From: Candidatus Moraniibacteriota bacterium
GTDB taxonomy: Bacteria; Patescibacteriota; Minisyncoccia; Moranbacterales; UBA2206
Assembly (NCBI GenBank): GCA_037137555.1
Contig: JBAXKA010000002.1
Coordinates: 3,133 to 67,132 of the forward strand
Direction: 5' to 3'
Length of the DNA: 64,000 nt
The position numbers were made by a program, and so were the translations under genes. The notes under the pieces are model-generated. The model made no database searches, had not been told where the DNA came from, and saw nothing but the letters and a program-made list of their open reading frames with translations. Numbering within the stretch: the stretch's first letter is position 1; every line of letters starts with the position of its first letter. Shown here in pieces: positions 59,134 through 64,000 of the stretch.

Positions 59134-59592
59134 TTAGATTTGGGTTTTTGGCAAGTTTTTTGAAAAAGCCAAATAACCAGGAATAACAAGATTAAGCGGG
59201 GAAATAATCATAAGAATTCCTAGCCATTCTTGCTTGCCAAGCGTTTTTGAAATTCCCATCCAAACTAAAATATAAGCCACGACATTAGCGAGAGGAATGA
59301 AAAACCAAACGATCCACCATGTTGGTTTTTGGGCAATTTGAAGAGCTAAAAGCATATCGAGAATAGGAATCCAAGCAAACCAAGCATTTTCCGTATTGGT
59401 TTTTTTAGCAATCTTCGAAAGACAGATTGACATATAGATATAATAAACCAAAAGAAAAAGCAAAATACAAGCAATCACGATTCCTGCGACTGACAGCATG
59501 GCAAGCGCATCATGATTAGAGATATTTCCGCCATCAGGAAGTATTGTCGGTGGCTGTAGTTGTATGTCAGGAAGAGTTTTTGTTGGTTGCAT
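59134..59592 (-). CDS. DUF5684-like membrane protein
   Basis: KIAKKT..AWFAWIPI..IAQKPTWW..IPLAN. Confidence 0.7.
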   Translation of the reverse strand: MQPTKTLPDIQLQPPTILPDGGNISNHDALAMLSVAGIVIACILLFLLVYYIYMSICLSKIAKKTNTENAWFAWIPILDMLLALQIAQKPTWWIVWFFIPLANVVAYILVWMGISKTLGKQEWLGILMIISPLNLVIPGYLAFSKNLPKTQI

Positions 59593-59615
59593 ATTTTTAT
59601 TTTTTAAAAATTAAA

Positions 59616-59888
59616 TTAAAATTCATCAGAACTAGAGCCACAAAGCATTGAGTTTGAGGCGAGGTTAAGCGCGTAAATAATAAAAGCGACAAAAATAATA
59701 ATAAATATAATCAAGGCTTTTGCTTGCCAGCTTTTAGTTGACTTTTTTAAAGTTAGACCTATAAGCAAAAGAGAAATTGTTAAAATAGTCCAATTAAAAT
59801 ATGGAGATTTAATTCCGTATCCACCTCCCCCACAAGCTGAAGTTAAGTTGGGAAACAATAATAACATTGAAATGAATATTTTTTTCAT
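59616..59888 (-). CDS. small membrane protein
   Basis: Signal-like N-terminus ending TSAC, two TM helices. Confidence 0.6.
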   Translation of the reverse strand: MKKIFISMLLLFPNLTSACGGGGYGIKSPYFNWTILTISLLLIGLTLKKSTKSWQAKALIIFIIIFVAFIIYALNLASNSMLCGSSSDEF

Positions 59889-59891
59889 AAA

Positions 59892-60389
59892 TTAAATTAA
59901 AAACTTTTTCTTATTTTCACTTAAATTTATAAAGCTATCTAATTCTTCAACTAGTTTATTGCTGGTTGATTCCATAAAAGCTGCGCCTTCTACGCGACAA
60001 CCAGTGGTTGATTGAATGTATTTAACAAGTGGAATATAGTCGCCGTCTCCAGAAACCAAAACGATTGCATCAAGTGTTTTGGACATTTTAATTGCATCAA
60101 CGGCAATTCCCACATCCCAATCGCCTTTTTTGGCTCCACCGGGAAAAATTTGCAAATCTTTTGTTTTAACTTCATAGCCAACTTTTTCCAGAGCTTCAAA
60201 AAATTTTTCTTCTTGACCTTCGAGAGTTTTGATGCCATAAGCAATAGCCCGAATCAATTTGCGATCGCCTACTGCAGATTTTAAAACTTGATCAAAATTA
60301 ACTTTTTTCTGATAAAGCACTTTGGCACTATAATAAAGATTTTGAATATCAACTAAAACGCCAATCCGTTGTTCTTTGTATATGCTCAT
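59892..60389 (-). CDS. NYN domain (LabA/DUF88) protein
   Basis: VDIQNLY, KGDWDVGIAVD, LVSGDGDY; start at ATG 60389. Confidence 0.9.
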   Translation of the reverse strand: MSIYKEQRIGVLVDIQNLYYSAKVLYQKKVNFDQVLKSAVGDRKLIRAIAYGIKTLEGQEEKFFEALEKVGYEVKTKDLQIFPGGAKKGDWDVGIAVDAIKMSKTLDAIVLVSGDGDYIPLVKYIQSTTGCRVEGAAFMESTSNKLVEELDSFINLSENKKKFLI

Positions 60390-60425
60390 AGTTTTTTGTT
60401 TATTTGTTAGATACTTTTTACAGTG

Positions 60426-60458
60426 AAAAAAAGCAAAATGCGGAAACATTTTGCTTTT
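60426..60458 (-). terminator. rpsO terminator
   Basis: AAAAGCAAAATG/CATTTTGCTTTT hairpin plus U tract. Confidence 0.7.
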
Positions 60459-60465
60459 GGCTTAA

Positions 60466-60735
60466 CTAGCCTTTTAATTCCAGTTTTTTAATTAAGACTT
60501 TGTAATCTTTTTCGTTAGTTTTTTTCAAATAATCCAGTAGGCGCTTTCTCTTTGATACCATTTTTAAAAGTCCACGACGAGAATGAAAATCTTTTGGATT
60601 CTTTTTGAGATGCGTGGTTAGTTTTTTAATTTGTTCTGTGAAAAGTGCCACTTGATATTCTGGAGAACCAGTATCTTTGTCGTGTCTTTTGACTTCGCTA
60701 GTTACTTTGTCTTTTTGCTTTCCTGTGAGAGCCAT
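60466..60735 (-). CDS. rpsO: 30S ribosomal protein S15
   Basis: DTGSPEYQVA, KDFHSRRGLLKMV. Confidence 0.98.
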   Translation of the reverse strand: MALTGKQKDKVTSEVKRHDKDTGSPEYQVALFTEQIKKLTTHLKKNPKDFHSRRGLLKMVSKRKRLLDYLKKTNEKDYKVLIKKLELKG

Positions 60736-60748
60736 ATAGTTTTTTTCG

Positions 60749-60842
60749 GCAAAACAGAAGTTGCGTTATTTCGCGTCAACTGATGTTTGCTAATGCTAAA
60801 TTATTATAAATAAAGTATAAACCAGAACTTTGGTTTTGGCAA
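60749..60842 (-). promoter_or_regulatory. rpsO promoter and structured leader
   Basis: TTGCCA-17-TATACT (60842-60814); leader hairpin GCAAACA..AGTTG..CAACT..TGTTTTGC. Confidence 0.55.
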
Positions 60843-60857
60843 ATTTTTGAAATTTAG

Positions 60858-61769
60858 TTAGTTTTTCGGAAATTGCTTACTTAAGTCTGGAAATTTTTTA
60901 AAGGCGAGTGCTTTTAATGCTAATGGTTTTTCATGTCCGCCGTTGCGTATATTTTTTACGGCTATTAGCATCTGTTCTTCTGATGTTGCACCTGCAACTT
61001 CTCCATCAGAGAGTTCGTCCCATTTTTTTTCTGCAATAGTTTTGCCTTCGTTAGTTAGATAAAAATGAGCTTCTGTTATATCTGCAATATTGTTTAAGTT
61101 AGTTGCAATTTCATTTGAGCAATCGCTCCAAGCTTTCTCAGCCTCTGCATCAAAGTTGCCACGGTTGCGAGCATTAAAAAGTTTTGTTAATTTTTCTAAT
61201 GACAACGAGTCTATTCGTTCGGCACTTTCTTGTTTCACTGGCTCTGCATTTTCAGTTGATTTTATTTCTGATGTTAAATTGCCACTTTGGATTTTTTCTA
61301 GCAATAGTGCTGCTTTTTTTGCATCTGCTTCGGCTGACAGTCTCACCTCTTCGGCAAATTTTGCTTGTTCTTGAGCTTTCGCTTCGGCAGCTTTTGCTTC
61401 GTCAATTTCTTTATTTATTCCCAATGCTTCTTCGTGATCTTTGTCTTTCTTAAATTCCGCGTTCATTTCCAAAGCTTCTCCGTGCGCCTTATCTTTATCA
61501 AAAGCGGTATTCATTTCAATCGCTTCGTCTTGATCTTCGCTTAATTCTTCTTGTTTTACGCCAGCCTCTTCTGCTTTTAATATTTCACCTTGTTCTTGCA
61601 ATTTTTTTCCAAGTGCAATCATGTCCTCTGGCGATTTAGCGCCCATAATTTTATCCGCTAGTTCTTTTTTGGCATTTTCAAACTTCTCTGAAAACTTCTT
61701 GCGCATTTCCTTGGCGCCTTGTGTAATTTTTTCCGCCACATTTTTCACTCCCTCGAACATTTTTCCCAT
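60858..61769 (-). CDS. hypothetical coiled-coil protein with 15-aa repeats
   Basis: E/K/A-rich; three imperfect DKxHxEALEMNxEF repeats. Confidence 0.75.
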   Translation of the reverse strand: MGKMFEGVKNVAEKITQGAKEMRKKFSEKFENAKKELADKIMGAKSPEDMIALGKKLQEQGEILKAEEAGVKQEELSEDQDEAIEMNTAFDKDKAHGEALEMNAEFKKDKDHEEALGINKEIDEAKAAEAKAQEQAKFAEEVRLSAEADAKKAALLLEKIQSGNLTSEIKSTENAEPVKQESAERIDSLSLEKLTKLFNARNRGNFDAEAEKAWSDCSNEIATNLNNIADITEAHFYLTNEGKTIAEKKWDELSDGEVAGATSEEQMLIAVKNIRNGGHEKPLALKALAFKKFPDLSKQFPKN

Positions 61770-61895
61770 ATAATTATTTTTAAAAAATTAAAATAAATCT
61801 AACTAATGCAAGCATAGCAGAGATTATATTTCAGGGCAAAGAAAAAGATGACAATATTTTTTTCTAAAAATTTCCTCTTGTGCTACAATACTTTT

Positions 61896-64000
61896 ATGAC
61901 TAATATCTTAGAAAAATTAAATCTTTCGCAAAGAGAGGCTGTTGAGACGACTGAAGGTGCGGTGCTTGTGATTGCTGGGGCAGGATCAGGCAAAACACGA
62001 GCGTTGACTTTTCGCACGGCCTATTTGATTTGCGATAAAGGTGTGCGACCAGGGCAAATTTTGGCGGTTACTTTCACAAATAAAGCCGCCAAAGAAATGC
62101 AAGAGCGAATCGCTCAGCTATTGGCAGAATATAATTTTAAGGGACAGCTTCCATTAGTAGGAACTTTTCATTCTATTTGTGCTAAAATTCTTCGTGCGGA
62201 AATAGGCAAATTGGGATATGCGAGCAATTTTAATATTTTTGATTCGCAAGATCAGTTGAGTCTCGTTAAAAAAACCATGAAAGAGTTGGATATTGATTTA
62301 ACGCAATTTCGTCCACAAAGTATTTTGGGTGCAATTTCAAAGGCGAAAAATGAATTGATAAACACGCAAATGTTTCAACAGGCAACGGCTGGTTATTGGG
62401 AAGATATTGTAGCAAAAATTTATGTAGCGTATCAAGAAAGACTTAAAAAAAATAATGCGTTGGATTTTGATGATATTTTAATGCTGTTGGTTCAGATTCT
62501 GCGAACATATCCAGAAGTGCTGGAAAAATATCAAAATATTTTTCGCTATATTATGGTAGATGAATATCAAGATACGAATCATGCTCAATATGTGTTGATT
62601 AAAATGCTAGCCGATAAACATAAAAATATTTGTGTTGTGGGAGACGACTGGCAAGGTATCTATTCTTGGCGTGGAGCAAATATTCAAAATATTTTGGACT
62701 TTGAAAAAGATTATCCAACAGCAAAAGTTGTAAAACTGGAACAGAATTATCGCTCAACTCAGCAAATTTTGGATGCAGCCTATGGGGTGATTTCTAAAAA
62801 TATCAACCGCAAAGATAAAAAAATTTGGACGGACAATAAGGCTGGTCATCTTTTGGTGTCCTATGAAGCTCAAGATGAAAGTGATGAAGCACAATTTATT
62901 ATTTCTGAAGTAATTTCTTTGCGTAATAAGGGAATTAAATTAAATAATATTGTTGTGTTATATCGCACAAATGCCCAGTCGCGAATTATTGAAGAGGCTT
63001 TATTGGGCGACTCAATTCCCTATCGCATTATTGGCGGATTGAAATTTTATCAAAGAAAAGAAATTAAGGATATTATTGCTTATTTGCGTTTAATCGAAAA
63101 TTTTAAGGATGAAATATCGCTTGAGCGAATTATTAATGAACCAAAAAGAGGTATTGGCGATAAAACCGTTTCCAAGTGGGTGGAATTTGCAAAAATAAAT
63201 AATTTGGATCTGATAACGGCCGGTGGAGAAATTTTAAATGACAAAATTAGCAAAACGCGAATTGAAAGTATTGTAAGTTTTTGTGAATTTATTAAAAAAA
63301 TGCAGGAAGTGAAAAATAATTTAACGCTGGCGGAGTTTATTCAAAAAGTTTTTTTTGAAAGTGGTTATGAAAAACAATTGCTGGATGGCACAGATGAAGG
63401 ACAAATGCGTCAAGAAAATGTGCGTGAATTATTAACAGTCGCTAAAAAATATGATAAATTTTCCGAAGGAGATGGTTTGCGAATGTTTTTGGAAGAAGTG
63501 GCGCTTGTGGCTGATACTGATAATATTGATCAATCCAGTGAAGCTGTACATCTGATGACACTACATAGTGCCAAAGGCTTGGAATTTCAATTTGTTTTTA
63601 TTGTGGGCTTGGAGGAAGGCATCTTGCCTCATTCAAGAAGTATGCTCAGTGAAGCTGAAATGGAAGAAGAAAGACGGTTGATGTATGTGGGAATTACACG
63701 AGCAAAAGAAAAAGTTTATTTATTGTTCACTAAAATGCGAACGATTTATGGCTCAACGCAAATCAATGCGCCTTCGAGATTTTTGGATGATATTCCGGCT
63801 GAGTTAGTGGAAGATGCTGAAATATCTGCAATAAATACGCAGGCAGAAAAATTTATGTCCGGACATAAAAAAACTATTTTAACTACAATGAAAGTTTGCT
63901 ATAAGGGCGGTGAAAGAATTGCACATGAAAATTTTGGCGAAGGCTTAGTGATTTCTTCTCAAGGCGATATTATTACCGTTGCTTTTAAATCAGTCGGATT
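61896..64000 (+). CDS. pcrA: UvrD/PcrA helicase (3'-truncated, absent from ORF track)
   Basis: MTNILEKLN..VIAGAGSGKTR, VTFTNKAA, VDEYQDTN, LEQNYRS, YRTNAQSR, MTLHSAKGLEF, EEERRLMYVGITRA. Confidence 0.96.
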   Translation, partial: MTNILEKLNLSQREAVETTEGAVLVIAGAGSGKTRALTFRTAYLICDKGVRPGQILAVTFTNKAAKEMQERIAQLLAEYNFKGQLPLVGTFHSICAKILRAEIGKLGYASNFNIFDSQDQLSLVKKTMKELDIDLTQFRPQSILGAISKAKNELINTQMFQQATAGYWEDIVAKIYVAYQERLKKNNALDFDDILMLLVQILRTYPEVLEKYQNIFRYIMVDEYQDTNHAQYVLIKMLADKHKNICVVGDDWQGIYSWRGANIQNILDFEKDYPTAKVVKLEQNYRSTQQILDAAYGVISKNINRKDKKIWTDNKAGHLLVSYEAQDESDEAQFIISEVISLRNKGIKLNNIVVLYRTNAQSRIIEEALLGDSIPYRIIGGLKFYQRKEIKDIIAYLRLIENFKDEISLERIINEPKRGIGDKTVSKWVEFAKINNLDLITAGGEILNDKISKTRIESIVSFCEFIKKMQEVKNNLTLAEFIQKVFFESGYEKQLLDGTDEGQMRQENVRELLTVAKKYDKFSEGDGLRMFLEEVALVADTDNIDQSSEAVHLMTLHSAKGLEFQFVFIVGLEEGILPHSRSMLSEAEMEEERRLMYVGITRAKEKVYLLFTKMRTIYGSTQINAPSRFLDDIPAELVEDAEISAINTQAEKFMSGHKKTILTTMKVCYKGGERIAHENFGEGLVISSQGDIITVAFKSVG

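Noticed and set aside
228-61453. Numerous 60-135 aa ORFs overlapping longer genes on the opposite strand or frame
   Set aside because: Shadow ORFs of well-supported genes, with no motifs
1-64000. tRNA or rRNA genes, alternative genetic code
   Set aside because: No cloverleaf or rRNA signature found; TGA terminates conserved genes (ispE, ruvB, ruvC), consistent with code 11

Overview
Low-GC, gene-dense chromosomal segment (genetic code 11) of what looks like a Patescibacteria/CPR (Parcubacteria-like) bacterium, inferred from CPR-type pilins, the T4SS-like cluster, lamin-tail proteins and AU-rich or leaderless 5' ends. It spans the probable replication origin (dciA-dnaN-oriC-dnaA / rpmH-rnpA-yidC-jag). 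Left of oriC: MEP genes ispD-ispF-ispE, a DHH protein, a 1006-aa PilB/GspE with two complete ATPase domains, ruvB, an R-M pair, a lamin-tail/PKD protein, a decayed RAYT transposase, yebC-ruvC coupled to a 7TM protein and four different ATP-grasp ligases, and a class A PBP. Right of oriC: a flippase/GT2/O-antigen-ligase-like glycosylation locus, a 16-kb relaxase-less T4SS-like cluster with two pilins fused to peptidoglycan hydrolases, a UbiA fusion, rsmA with an in-frame REP palindrome, comM, lspA, dksA/traR, yraN, pnp, rpsO and a partial pcrA. Best candidates for novelty: two unannotated, promoter-driven, highly structured non-coding RNAs (about 510 nt at 54775-55285 and about 210 nt at 6235-6445, both minus strand), the pilin-hydrolase fusions, the four-ligase ATP-grasp operon and the tandem PilB. 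All calls come from reading motifs by eye; no database search or folding program was run.
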